Below are positions 43,584 through 56,640 of a stretch of DNA of 64,000 nucleotides, one piece after another (position 1 is the first letter of the stretch; each line of letters opens with the position of its first letter). Both the position numbers and the translations under genes were made by a program. The stretch is from Octopus vulgaris (taxonomy: Eukaryota). The DNA lies in NCBI GenBank assembly GCA_951406725.2, contig OX597830.1, forward strand, positions 65,224,001-65,288,000, read 5' to 3'. The notes beneath the pieces are model-generated. The model was not told the DNA's origin. It ran no database searches and saw only the letters and a list, made by a program, of their open reading frames with translations.

Positions 43584-43889
43584 GGAGGCGCAATGGTCCA
43601 GTGGTTAGGGCAACGGACTCGTGGTCGTAGGATCGCGGTTTCGATTCCCAGACCGGGTGTTGTGGGTGTTTATTGAGCGAAAACACCTAAAGCTTCACGA
43701 GGCTCCAGCAGGGGATGGTGGCGATCCCTGCTGTACTCTTTCGCCACAGCTTTCTCTCATTCTTTCTTCTGTTGGCCTGCTCGCTCAGCCAGCGGGGTGG
43801 CATCATTTGAAGGCTAAAACAATGCGAAGCGCATTGTTACCAGCGATGTGTAGCAACATCAGATAGCCTGGTCGGTCACAGTGATCACG

Positions 43890-43892
<3 letters not shown>
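43584..43892 (+). mobile_element. SINE family B, tail type 2
   Basis: GGAGGCGCAATGGTCCAGTGGTTAGGG head. Confidence 0.85.
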
Positions 43893-43928
<36 letters not shown>

Positions 43929-44436
43929 ATGCGTATACACCCCACCACCACACAGGCGCGCTCACACACACACACATAAATGCTTGCCTGTATCTCACAG
44001 GATCTCCTATTGCAACACTGAGAATTTCAGACACTCCCACTCGCTCCCATACGCATTTTTATGTACGCCCACAAATTATTCACGACGCTTATTCAATAAA
44101 ACCCCTTCATATGCTATTCAAATGTTACAACATAAAATGTTGCGGAACAGTTGTGATGACAGTTTGTTTTATACTCGCAACGTATCATTATAATATCGGG
44201 TAGATGTTATATAAAAGTCATTATTTGTAAAGAATGTTTTGTGTGGATTTTGTGAGGTTTACTGGAGCTTTACTAATGTTATCTTTAGAAATCTAATAAG
44301 AATGATGGCGACAAGAGAAACCTTGTCTCTGTGGAAACATACTCTGTTCTAATAAATTTTGAACTTTAAGAGTTGAGATTAGTTAAAGAAATCCATAAAA
44401 GGAATAAACCACATTAAATACTGTGCATGAGATACC

Positions 44437-44662
44437 TATTTCTTTATTACCCACAAGGGGCTAAACACAGAGGGGACAAACAAGGACAGACATAGGTATT
44501 AAGTCGATTACATCGACCCCAGTGCGTAACTGGTACTTAATTTATCGACCCTGAAAGGATGAAAGGTAAAGTCGACCTCGGCGGAATTTGAACTCACAAC
44601 GTAACGCAGACGAAATACCGCTAAGCATTTCGCCCGGCGTGCTAACGTTTCTGCCAGCTCGC
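44437..44662 (-). mobile_element. SINE family A with imperfect TSD
   Basis: CTGTGCATGAgaTACC (44421-44436) / CTGTGCATGAagTACC (44663-44678). Confidence 0.88.
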
Positions 44663-45602
44663 CTGTGCATGAAGTACCGACACACTTATGACATCCCACC
44701 TGAAGGCTACAGCCATGCAATCCAAGTGCAAGAAAACCCTAAAAACTACCTGTAGAAGAGTTAGTCTAATATTAATTCTTAATTTTCGCTTTCATTTCTA
44801 TGGGTTGCATTTTAATTGCCTCGTTTCTTCCCAAGTATTTGTAGCGTGTTTATTATACTGTAATTCTCTAAATTTCAGTATGAATGCCGAGAGTGATATT
44901 TTCAGTTTTAGTGAATTGACTTCCACTTAATGTCCCTTTATTGCACTTGCTTAATCCCATGTTCATTCTTATGTCTTTGCCAAAGTTTTGGAGAAATTTG
45001 AGGAGAGTTTCTCATTCGCTGATACTTTTTGTGAAGGTTTTCATACATCTCCATACACACGAGATTCTATTTTGTCTATAACATCTGTATCCCACTAACC
45101 ACTAAGCCACGCGCATCCGCTCATGGTGTGACTAGTGTTAAAATGAATACATTAAAAGCATATCAGAACAAGGGCAATGACTGCAACGTTTAACGAAACA
45201 GAAGAAAATATTGGAATTGGTCTTAGATTTGGATTGTGGCAGAAAACACATGGTGGCACATCTTCCGACTCTTTATGATTTGAGTTCAAATGACGCCAAG
45301 GGCGACTTTACCTTTCATCCTTTTAGGATTCATAAATGAAGTAGAAGTCAAGTACCAGGGTTGACTACTATCCATCCCTCACAATTACTGGTCTTCTGCC
45401 AAAATTACAAAGAATTATGATTGTCACCTATTCTTTGGTTTGACCGAGGCCATGCTGGTGCAACGCCTTTAGTCGAACAAATCGACATCAGTATTTGTTC
45501 TTTGTAAGTCTAGTACTTATTCTATTGGTTCTTTTGCCGAACCGCTAAGTTACGAAGAGTTAAACACTCAAGCATCGGTTGTCAAGTGATGGTGGAGGAC
45601 AA

Positions 45603-45651
<49 letters not shown>

Positions 45652-45655
45652 TGTG

Positions 45656-45687
<32 letters not shown>

Positions 45688-46031
45688 TGTATATCAAATA
45701 AGCAACAGGCTATCGAAAGGTGATATCCTGTTGCTTATTTTGATTTTATTATCCTTACCTTGAATTGTACAGATAATACCGCACTGAGTTGGTGCTTCAA
45801 CATAAGTACCTATTTCAACTGAATCTCAATTATATATATATATAAATATTATATATATATATGTATGTATGTATGTATATGTATCAAATGAAATAATACC
45901 AAGTATGTCTATGAAGATTTACAAACATACTTTCCCAGTGATACTCGGTTTACCTACCATTATAAACAATACCAAATGTTTTTCTCAAACCTTTTATAAT
46001 GTGATACAAGTCTTTGGTGTAGCAATTGCAT

Positions 46032-46124
46032 GCTGCTGAAGAGGGCTTTTGAACTATCTGTTATGTCGATTATGCATTGATGTAAGAATAAGTTGTTCTA
46101 TAAAGCTCGAAACATATGTACCGC
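46032..46124 (+). ncRNA. Type-I hammerhead with long stem II
   Basis: CTGAAGA-GGGCTTT...AAAGCTC-GAAAC ATAT GTA^; palindromic ACATATGT stem III; stem I imperfect. Confidence 0.6.
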
Positions 46125-46275
46125 GACATCCTTTGTGTCCTGTTTTTTCATTTATTTCATTTGATACATATATCCTCTCACCTATGCTACTAGCTGGCAT
46201 ATACAGGTGCTTACATTTATCAAGTATTCACCCTGAATTTATATATGTATATATGTATGTACGTATGTATGTATG

Positions 46276-46697
46276 TATGATTATGTATATACCTCGAGGT
46301 TCTTTCAGTTTCCATCTACCAATTTCATTCACAAAGCTTTCCTCGGCCCGAGGCTATAGTAGAAGACACTTGCCCAAGGTGCCACGCAATTGGATGGAAG
46401 CTAGAAAAGGTGGTTGGGAAGTAAGCTTCTTATTTCTTTATTGCCCACAAGGGGCTAAACATAGTGGCGTCAAACAGGGACAGACAACGGGTTAAGTCGA
46501 TTACATCGACCCCAGTGTCTTACTGGTACTTAATTTATCGACCTCGAAAGGATGAAAGGCAAAGTCGACCTCGGCGAAATTTGAACTCAGAACGTAGCGC
46601 CAGACGAAATACCGCAAAGCATTTCGCTCGGCGTGCTAACGTTTCTGCCAGCTCGCCGCCTTATAAGTAAGCTTCTTGCCACACAGCCACGCCTGTA
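46276..46697 (-). mobile_element. SINE family C interrupted by a family A copy (46432-46664)
   Basis: TSD AAGTAAGCTTCTT at 46419-46431 and 46665-46677. Confidence 0.85.
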
Positions 46698-46954
46698 CCT
46701 AAAGTGGAAGAATCTATAAAACAATAGTAAAAACTTGTTGTGGCTTATTTAGATCAGGGTTTCTCAACGGGAGCCATATAGCCCACTAATTAGCCTTGAA
46801 ACATTTCTTGGGGGTGACAAAGTTAAGAGTGAAAAATAGGAACCACATGGGGCTACGGGGACCACAAAAATTTTGGGAATCATAAAATATTAACATGTAG
46901 GTATGTATTTTTATTTGTAAAATACACATTACAGATATACATATGGAATGGAAC

Positions 46955-47333
46955 CACTCCGTCGGTTACGACGACGAGGGTTCCGGTTGATCCGATCAAC
47001 GGAACAGCCTGCTCGTGAAATTAACGTGTAAGTGGCTGAGCACTCCACAGACACGTGTACCCTTAACGTAGTTCTCGGGGATATTCAGCGTGACACAGAG
47101 AGTGACAAGGCCGGCCCTTTGAAATACAGGCACAACAGAAACAGGAAGTAAGAGTGAGAGAAAGTTGTGGTGAAAGAGTACAGCAGGGATCACCACCATC
47201 CCTGCCGGAGCCTCGTGGAGCTTTTTAGGTGTTTTCGCTCAATAAACACTCACAACGCCCGGTCTGGGAATCGAAATCGCGATCCTACGACCGCGAGTCC
47301 GCTGCCCTAACCACTGGGCCATTGCGCCTCCAC
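46955..47333 (-). mobile_element. SINE family B, full length, tail type 1
   Basis: Best-preserved copy. Confidence 0.9.
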
Positions 47334-47799
47334 AAGATATGCATATAAGAAAGGCGTGTATATGCGTTTACAATTATGATGGATCATCCTTATGTACTAA
47401 TTTTCTTCTACATTCATAAAGAACTCATGTTAGAATATTAGATTTTGAGTATTGTATGTCTGGTTCGTAAGATGAACAGCTACATGTCATTGTATCATAC
47501 CAAATCACTCCAAAACTTTGAAGCTGAAAGACATCCATACATAATGGACAGCGCAGAAGACAAAGTCACAATTAGTAATCCAAACTCCACTTCAACATTA
47601 TTGACGAAATGGATAAACCATCCATACAGCAACGTCCACGCTAACGGATTAACATCTGCCATACTAATACATTGTTTGTTTGTACTCCACCTGCCTTCGT
47701 CTTTTGTTTATTTTCGTAAACCTTCCCGTTATATATATACTAGCAGTATAACCCGGCTTTGCCCGGAATTAAGTTAGGATTATTAAGCTAATCAAGTTC

Positions 47800-49819
47800 T
47801 ACTTCGCGAGTGGTTTACTGTTCTACTTTACGCTGTGTTGTGTGTGATTTTTTTTTTTTGTTTCTTTTCGTTGAACTTTGCGTTTTCAACCCACACAATG
47901 GCTCCCAAGCGTGCTTCTTCTTCCGAGGCTGGTATTGAGCCTGAACGCAAACGAAGAATGATGACGATCGCTGAGAAGGTAAAACTTCTGGATACGTTGA
48001 AGGAAGGGAGAACTTTCGCTGCCGTAGCTCGCCATTTCAGCGCGAACGAATCTACCGTTCGCTACATCAAGAAGGACAAGACTAACATTAGGAAGACGGG
48101 TGCCATCACCTTTAATAAGTCGGCGAAGAGAGTGGTTACGGCTCGTAATAAAACTTTCATCTGTATGGAAGCTGCTTTGGCCGTATGGATAGCCGACTGC
48201 CAAAAGAACATAGCCTTGGATACGAACATCATCCAAACAAAGGCTAGGAGCCTGTAGGAGACTTTCACCGCTAAGGAATCTGAGGACGACAGTGGCGACC
48301 ATGAAGAGGAAGAAGACGAAGATGACGTAGAAGATCCGTAACCAGGGACGTCCAGTGATTCACAACCTAAACAACGTCCTTTTTCTGCTAGCAAAGGGTG
48401 GTTTGTTAAGTTTCGGTAATGCTTCGGCCTAAAAAGCGTTTCCCTGTGTGGCGACGCTGCTTCTACTGACACGAGCGCCGCTGAAACATACGTGAATGAA
48501 ACTTTCAAGAAGATTATCTCCGAAGGTGGATATAAGCCCGGACAAGTTTTTAATATGGACGAAACGGCCTTATTTGGAAAAGAATGCCGTCGCGAACTTT
48601 CCTGTTCAAAGAGGAAGTAAAAACCTCTGGCGTTAAAGCATACAAGGATCGTGTGACCCTCGTGATGTGTGGCAATGCTGCGGAATTTTCGTTAAAACCA
48701 GGACTTATTTACAAGTCTAAAAACCTAAGGGCTTTAAAAAACAAAAGCAAGAATCGGCTGCCCGTACATTGGATGCACAATCCAAAGGCGTGGATAACGA
48801 AGATGCTGATCTTCGACTGGTTCGACCAGTGTTTTATCCCGCAAGTCAAGGTGTATCTATTAGCGAAGGGCTTGCCATTTGAAATTCTTCTCCTAATGGA
48901 TAACGCTGGTGGCCACGCTACTGATCTGTCGCATGAGGGCATTCAGATTGAGTTCCTTCCGCCCAACACTATGTCACTTATTCAACCAATGAACCAGGGG
49001 GTTATCAGGGCGTTCAAGGCCCTATACATGAGGAATGTCCTGGCGAAGCTGGTTGCTTCTGTGGATGCCGCCCAAGAAGAAGAAGAAGAAGAAGAAGAAG
49101 AAGAAGAAGAAGAAGAAGAAGAAGAAGGAGGAGGAGGAGGAGAAGAAGAAGAAGAAGAAGAAGAAGAAGAAGAGCAACAACAACAACAACAAGAAACGGA
49201 AAAAGTTGTTGACCAAACTGGCTTGACTTTGGAACGGCTGGCCAAGCTGTGCAACCTGGCTAAAGAAATGAAAGAGGGGTCACTGGAATGGGATGACGAT
49301 ATGGTTCGTTTTGTGAAATTTTGCAACAAGGTCGTCAAAGTCATGAATCCCTACAAGATGCTCTTTGAACGGAAAAAGAGGCAGCGGCAGCAACTTCCTA
49401 CCACACTGTTTTTGCAGCCTCGCAAAAAAAGAGCCAGCTCCTGCTGCTACTACTACGGTTGCACCTTCGAAAGAAGTGAAAGAGGTGTCCCAGGAAAGGG
49501 TACTGCCGTCAGCTTCATCATCATCATTTCTACTGCGCAACAAATTCATCACCATCATCATTCAAATTTTACTTCAACTTCCTTCGTGTTGAGTACAGTA
49601 ACAATCTTTATATTTTTTAATCTAAAGTGTCATTGCTTAACAGTTGTCCTTGTTATTAATAGACTACTGTAATGGGTGGGTTGTTAACAGTACAGGGAGG
49701 GTTTTAAAAGCCCAAATACACGTTAAATACTCTAAGTATGGTGTCTCTACTTCACGGAAATTCAGTTATCGCGGCCGGTCTCGGAACCAATCTACCGCGA
49801 TAAACGAGGGATCATTGTA
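47800..49819 (+). mobile_element. Tigger/pogo DNA transposon, pseudogenised
   Basis: KRRMMTIAEKVKLL HTH, ASKGW, FNMDETAL, MPSRTF, LLLMDNAGGH, FLPPNTMSLIQPMNQGVI; stops and frameshifts; right TIR CGCGATAAACGAGGGATCATTG-TA. Confidence 0.92.
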
Positions 49820-49880
49820 TTTGAAACCAAACTAAGTAACATCGGCGTCAAATTTGGGCGAAATCCGTTGAAATTGTTTC

Positions 49881-49949
<69 letters not shown>

Positions 49950-50313
49950 CAATACACACACACACATACACCTATTGCATACATGTTTTTTGTATGCACA
50001 CATGTTCATGTGTGTGTGTGTGTGTGTCTGTGTGTATTGCCCGTACACTTTTTTTCCCTCGATGGAAAAAAAAACACAAGTCTTAACAAAACTTACTCGT
50101 CGCTAGAAGGGGACTTAACTCCTGTTTGCAAACAATGGTGATTTCTCCAACTTAAAAATTGTTAAAAGTTTTGGTTGAAAATTTATTTTTACTATTATTC
50201 ACTGGTGACTTTGGGTAAAATAAGTTGACGAAAACACAGCTAGGGTCATGACGAATGTCCTAAAATTGGAGCGACATGTGTGCTAATTTGTGAGCGTGCA
50301 TAAATTACATTCA

Positions 50314-50366
<53 letters not shown>

Positions 50367-50384
50367 CCTGCCTTTTATATATAC

Positions 50385-50513
<129 letters not shown>

Positions 50514-50526
50514 AATAAATATATAT

Positions 50527-50558
<32 letters not shown>

Positions 50559-50559
50559 G

Positions 50560-50673
<114 letters not shown>

Positions 50674-50792
50674 GGCCAGGTGTTATAGAGCGTAATATGA
50701 ATTAATGACTAGCAGAAGAATAGGGACTTATGTAAACACTTATGTAATAGGAGTTATGTAATGGCCAATCCCCTCGCTACTATCTATGGGCA

Positions 50793-50935
50793 TTATGATG
50801 TTAATGAGTTTCGAGTATTATTTTTTTTTTGCTTCGTTAGAAGTATTAAAATAAGAACGACAACAAGAAGACTCAAGAGGCCAACATCTGCGATTACAAC
50901 TCCAAGTGTCACCTTCACGGTTGATTCCTTTGTAG
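50793..50935 (-). CDS. Paralogous transmembrane terminal exon (xTKESTVKVTLGVVIADVGLLSLLVVVLILILLTKQKKNNTRNSLTS*) of a second laccase gene, or a relic
   Basis: Same acceptor ATCTTTACAG|CTA, same phase, peptide similarity to 29339-29454, ~150 bp of homologous intron flank. Confidence 0.6.
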
Positions 50936-51136
50936 CTGTAAAGATAATGAAAAGCAATATGATGTTTATTCGACAGATATTCAAATGGCGGATTATTCAA
51001 ATATTTCGTACGTTTGTTTATTTAATTACTGTCAATCAATGATGTATTTTTATGCGATACTGGAATTCGATCTCAAAAGTAGTCCACTGTTTTTCAGTTT
51101 GTTCAACAAGCTTCATTTCTTACTAATGGAATGGAA

Positions 51137-51441
51137 GCACTCCGTCGGTTACGACGACGAGGGTTCCGGTTGATCCGAATCAACGGAACAGCCTGCTCGT
51201 GAAATTAACGTGTAAGTGGCTGAGCACTCCACAGACACGTGTACCCTTAACGTAGTTCTCAGGGATATTCAGCGTGACACAGAGAGTGACAAGGCCGGCA
51301 CTTTGAAATACAGGTACAACAGAAACAGGAAGTAAGAGTGAGAGAAAGTTGTGGTGAAAGAGTACATCAGGGATCACCACCATCCCCTGCTGGAGCGTCG
51401 TGGAGCTTTAGGTGTTTTCGCTCAATAAACACTCACAACGC
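51137..51441 (-). mobile_element. SINE family B, 5'-truncated
   Basis: Near-identical to 46955. Confidence 0.85.
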
Positions 51442-51873
51442 TTTCTTACTAATAAAAACAAAGCATATACAGCCAAGGAGATATTCTGAAGTGGTTGCTC
51501 AACAATCTAGTGATAGCTGTTAAATCTCCTACGAATCACACCATTCCGGGATAAAAACGAACAGCGCACTGGATGAAGTTGTGCAGGATACACTATATTT
51601 GAATATACAGTGGGGTCTAGAAAGAAAAATTTCATTCCAGCCTACCACCAAAAATGTTTTTTAACGTCTTTCTTAGCTAAAAGGCCTGAATCTCAGAATC
51701 CATTTATCTCTTTTTTTTTATGTAAAACATAATTATACTTAAGGAATTTTGTTATAAATATTGGGTGGTTGCATAATTATTACGGCTTTTTTTTCAACAA
51801 ATTTTAATCAGTTATGTATCAATTTGGCCAGTAAAAAAGATTTTGCCCTCAAAACTTTATATATATATATATA

Positions 51874-52625
51874 TTAGTAATATAATAAGAGTAAATAATT
51901 TCTTTAATGGTTCTTAAAAGAACCAACAATTATTTACTGGTAGATTTCGGCATGTAAATATTACCATTAATGGTAGGAACTTCTATAAAGTTCAGTATAT
52001 ATATATTGTATATAAATAGAAGAGGCAGGCAACAGGTTGCTTAGCCGCATACCGAAAAAATTAGAAATAGCAGTCATAGACTGTTTATTTCTATTTTCTA
52101 CAAATGGGACTCCACATACGACATATCCCTGTAATTCACATATGCAAAACAGAAGGAAGAAATAACGAAAACAAAGTCTAACGGTCATTTACGAACATGT
52201 TTCTAGATTAGAAATATAATGAATATATATTTCATGTCTTTCATCAGCGTAAACCTCCACTAAAATAGATTTATCAAATGCTACGTACCTCCACTTCCTG
52301 ACCAGGCGACATCAAAATAGTGGAAGACAGCGAGCATAGGCTAAACCTATATAGACAATTGAATTCATAAATTTTCCCTCCAAAACATATCCCTGAACTT
52401 TATAGAAGTTCCTACCGTTAATGGTTATATTTACATGCCGAAATCTACCAGTAAATAATTGTTGGTTTTTTTTAAAACCATTAACGAAATTATTTACTCT
52501 TATTATATTACTAATTGGAATTTTCACTCTCTTACGACAACCCATAGTTTCTACCTCTAAGGAACTATTTTTGTAATGCGCATGGTAAAGTTTTGGAGGG
52601 AAAATTTACGAATTCAATTGTCTAT
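51874..52625. repeat. Interleaved inverted repeats (51874-51994/52393-52514 and 52351-52387/52588-52625), Penelope pLTR-like
   Basis: Reverse-complement matches read directly. Confidence 0.8.
52188..52253 (-). ncRNA. Type-I hammerhead ribozyme
   Basis: TTTACG-CTGATGA-AAGA...TCTA-GAAAC AT GTT^CGTAAA; 6-bp stem I, palindromic ACATGT. Confidence 0.68.
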
Positions 52626-53110
52626 TTCTTTCTCCAGGACTTTACTGCACCGGGTGGCCTCAACACTTGCTTTCGCATAGTCTGATTTGGCCTACAAGTG
52701 AAGGAGAGAAGACACATGTTAACCAACATCAGACAAAATCAGTTTAGTGGCTTTATTCAAAGTGCACAGGTAACAGGTTAGTAAGGGCACGTGTCAAACC
52801 CTTTAGATTTTTTTGCTACTGGTATTATTGTTAACACCCAGGTCAGTCCTATGCAATCAGAATTATGACCAAAAGTGATCCAATGTTGTTCATCTTGTCC
52901 TTTTTTTTCAGACACAATATCAAGAACTACATTATCCAATAAGTGCACCATAAGGTGACAGGGTGTGCTTTCAGGCAGATTAAGCTGCTAATTCTAGCAG
53001 TTCTAGGCACCCTTTTTTGCTTCGTTTCTTGATTTAATATATCTCAAGATGTATATAAATACATATTTTATATATATATATATGTATATATATATACATG
53101 TGTGCGTGTG

Positions 53111-53166
<56 letters not shown>

Positions 53167-53977
53167 GTGCATACCAGAAGTTTTGAGACTTTTCCAGGCA
53201 AGACATTTGTTAATTTCAAAGTAGGACCCTCTGACTTCAAAAGGTAACAATAAAGTTACCTTCTCAAGTCATACCAACCCGTAAAGGTCAGTTTCCCAGT
53301 TTCATAGCATATAAATTCCCCCATCTGGACAGGAGGCAGATCCATCACAGGAATACACATTTTTGCCAGTCGAGCGAACTGGAGTAATGTGAAATGAAGG
53401 GTATTGCTCAAGAACATAATACATCACCTGGTCCAAGAACTGAAAGCACAATCTTACAATCATGAGTCCAAAAGCCTAACCATTAAGCCACATGCCTCCA
53501 CCCCTCTGACTTCAGTGCACTTCTTGTAGTGCTCCAGCCACTTCATAGAAGTCCTCAAAAAGGAAGGTGTTCAGCACCCTTTTTACAACTTTCATTTTCT
53601 TAACACCTTCAAAACAACTGTCCCCAAGGTTCTTCTTCAGCTTGAGGAACATCCAAAATTCACAGGCAGCAAGGTTTAGACTGTAGGGAGGGTGAGAGAG
53701 TCTTGATGCTCATCTCTGTCAAGTAGTTGGTTACCGGGACGGAATTGGGACAACCAGTGTTTAGTAGGGTGGGTTCAAAGTGCTGTAACAACTGTCAGCT
53801 TCAATCAAGAATAAAAGCATTAGCAGGTCACCTAAGTAGGTGTATAGTAATGCTATACTAAAATTACAATAATCCAGGAGAGGTTCAACTGCTCCTCTTA
53901 AGACACTCTCAAAAATGTCTGAAATGTACTTTGTATATCTATCTATCTGTCTGTCTTTTTGTCTATCTATCTATCTT

Positions 53978-54037
<60 letters not shown>

Positions 54038-54088
54038 TTAGGGAATAAATCCAAATTCATAATTTAAAACTCGCTAAGAAGGTTTTGA

Positions 54089-54140
54089 AACCACCTGAGG
54101 AATGTCTAAGATGTGCTGACACGAAACGATCGTAGTGGTT
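54089..54140 (+). ncRNA. Type-I hammerhead ribozyme
   Basis: AACCAC-CTGAGGA-ATGTC...GACAC-GAAAC GATC GTA^GTGGTT; 6-bp stem I, palindromic ACGATCGT. Confidence 0.72.
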
Positions 54141-54234
54141 ATTCATCGTTAAATTTTAATTTATATAAATTTTTATGTATTGGTTTAAGTCTTTCTTTGT
54201 TTGATTTGCATAATAGTGGTTTTGTCTCTAATTT

Positions 54235-54295
<61 letters not shown>

Positions 54296-54313
54296 CATAT
54301 ATATATATATATG

Positions 54314-54350
<37 letters not shown>

Positions 54351-54355
<5 letters not shown>

Positions 54356-54540
54356 GATGCTGTAAAGTTCCTGGCTTTAAGGGTGCCATGAGAGGCCTAG
54401 CTGGAGGCCCAACCTCCTGAGTTCTTTTACAGGGCTTAGAAAAACTGAAGGACCTGGGAATATGTTGAACAAAATCATAATTAACTGATCCTCCAGTATT
54501 TTCTTTTACCCAAAGCCAGGAACTTTTCAACACCCCACCG
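54351..54540. mobile_element. mariner-derived MITE
   Basis: TIRs AAAGTTCCTGGCTTT / AAAGCCAGGAACTTT. Confidence 0.65.
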
Positions 54541-56570
54541 TATGTGTGTGTGTATGTATGTATACATCTCATACACACACACATGAGGTGTATACATACA
54601 CACACGCACATGTATATATGTTAGAAACTGAAGCTTCTATAAAAGTAAGTTTAAAATTTCACATTTCTGATTGTTGAAAAGATTCAAAAGAACCATCTGA
54701 ATAATGGAATAATCAGATGCATGAACCCTAGAGCTATAATTAAAAAAAACACTTCAGAATCTAATATAAAAAAACTAAAAAATACACACTGAGTACTTTT
54801 TTTCTCTGTTTATAAAGGTAAACATTCCTTAATTTAATCTTTATCCGTGTGTATCCTTCTGGATATGACCATATCCATGTGTGTTCATATGTATATACAC
54901 ATATAAGAAAATACATACATAAGTGGATGACTATGTGTGTGTGCATGTCTATTCTATACATATCCATTGGCTATGTGCAATGTATGCCTGGTGTATGTGT
55001 GTGTGCTGCATGTTACTAAATATTAGTATACTTCTTTTCTAGTCACATGATCACAGTAGCAGTAATACATAATAGTAACTATAGCAAAAGTGTAAAGGTC
55101 AAAGCAGTTTAAGTAGCATATGTGGTGAATGTTAGCAGAAACAAAAGTAGACAGTACACAGGTATGTGAGTTCGTTAGTAAACCGGACATGACAGTAACG
55201 AAGGAAGAGTTTATCTTCAAGCAATATACCTAGAGTATGTCAGCTTAATTAATTTTGTGGTAAACCCATTTACCCCGTATCAAACATATAACACACACAT
55301 AGATATATCTCTTATGTGCCCTTATAGTGCCTGAAAATAAAAAGATGCACATACACCAAAATTCCATGCTAATGCACGTTCTGAACACTAGCTTAATAAT
55401 GACTAAATTATTTACCTAAATTCTTTGTTATTTTTAAAATTCAACGCCACGTAAAAGGTGCCGGTGCCAGCACCATGTTAAACAGCACTCATGCCGGTGC
55501 CACAGAGGATCACTCATGCCAACACCACATAAAATCACCCAGTACACTCTGTAAAGTGGTTGGCATTAGGAAGGGCATCCAGCCATAGAGAACATGCCAA
55601 AACAGAAGATTGAGACCTGGTGCAGCCCTCCAGCTCTGCCAGCTTCTGTCAAACCATCCAAACCCATGCCAGGATAGGAAATGGACAATGATGTCAATGA
55701 TGACGCTAATGATAAAACAAAGGCACTGCATTTGAACAAAAAATGGTAATGAAACCGTTAAAGTCGCTCTCAGCACCATGGCCCACTTGTACAACTTTAC
55801 TTCTGCCACTGAAATATTTGAACCATATCATCTTTATGCAATGTGCCTTTTTTTTTTTAATTGTTGTCTGTTTCTTTCCCATTTTGTCTATGAATAAATG
55901 ACAAGCAACCCAAGTAAAGTAGAAGTAAGTACTGTCTGGGAGTCCGAGAATTCATAGGGCCATTTACCCAGTTTTCATGGCATATATAAGTGACCGGGGT
56001 CACAACATTCACCCCGAAGAGGAAACCAGGCCATCACACAGTTACATATTTAAGGTTGAATGGAGTGGAGCAACATGAAATGAAGTGGGTTTTTCACTCA
56101 AGAAAATAATGCACCACCCAGTCTGAGAATTGAAACTATGGTCTTGCAATTGTGAGAGCAACACACAAACCACTGGACCATGTACATTCAACAAACAACT
56201 CAAGACAAAACACCATAACTTAACACACACACACACTGCTCACACATATACATACACACACACATACAGTTATAGATATCCATGCACATACTCATGCATG
56301 TTCACAGGTGTGAGGACACACACACACATATATATATATATATATCGATAAAAACAGTAAGATAACAAAAGAAAGAAAGAGACCTCGATATTATGTAAAT
56401 AGAGGAATTTATCTGTAAATGTAATATGTGACAATTTATCATGGCTACCGAATAATTGTCACATATTCCATTTACAGATATATATATACACACATACATA
56501 CGATTGTTTCACTCCTGGAAACAATTTCTGTCTCTCCAAAACAACATTGCATATGCCTCTGCCAGTGTTT

Positions 56571-56640
56571 GACTTTGGACAGCTGAAATATTTTGAACTG
56601 TAATATATTACAGTTCAAAATATTTCAGATGTCCAAAGTC
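56571..56640. repeat. 70-bp palindrome
   Basis: GACTTTGGACAGCTGAAATATTTTGAACTGTAATA|TATTACAGTTCAAAATATTTCAGATGTCCAAAGTC, one mismatch. Confidence 0.92.

Noticed and set aside
39250-47333. tRNA genes at 39250, 43584 and 47333
   Set aside because: tRNA-like heads continue into repeated SINE bodies and lack a clean acceptor stem and terminator.
47898-49672. Domesticated TIGD-like host gene
   Set aside because: In-frame stops, frameshifts and a retained TIR indicate a dead transposon.
52638-52769. Plus-strand exon candidate (TTTCTCCAG ... CAG|GTAAC)
   Set aside because: Stops in all three frames and no partner exons identified.
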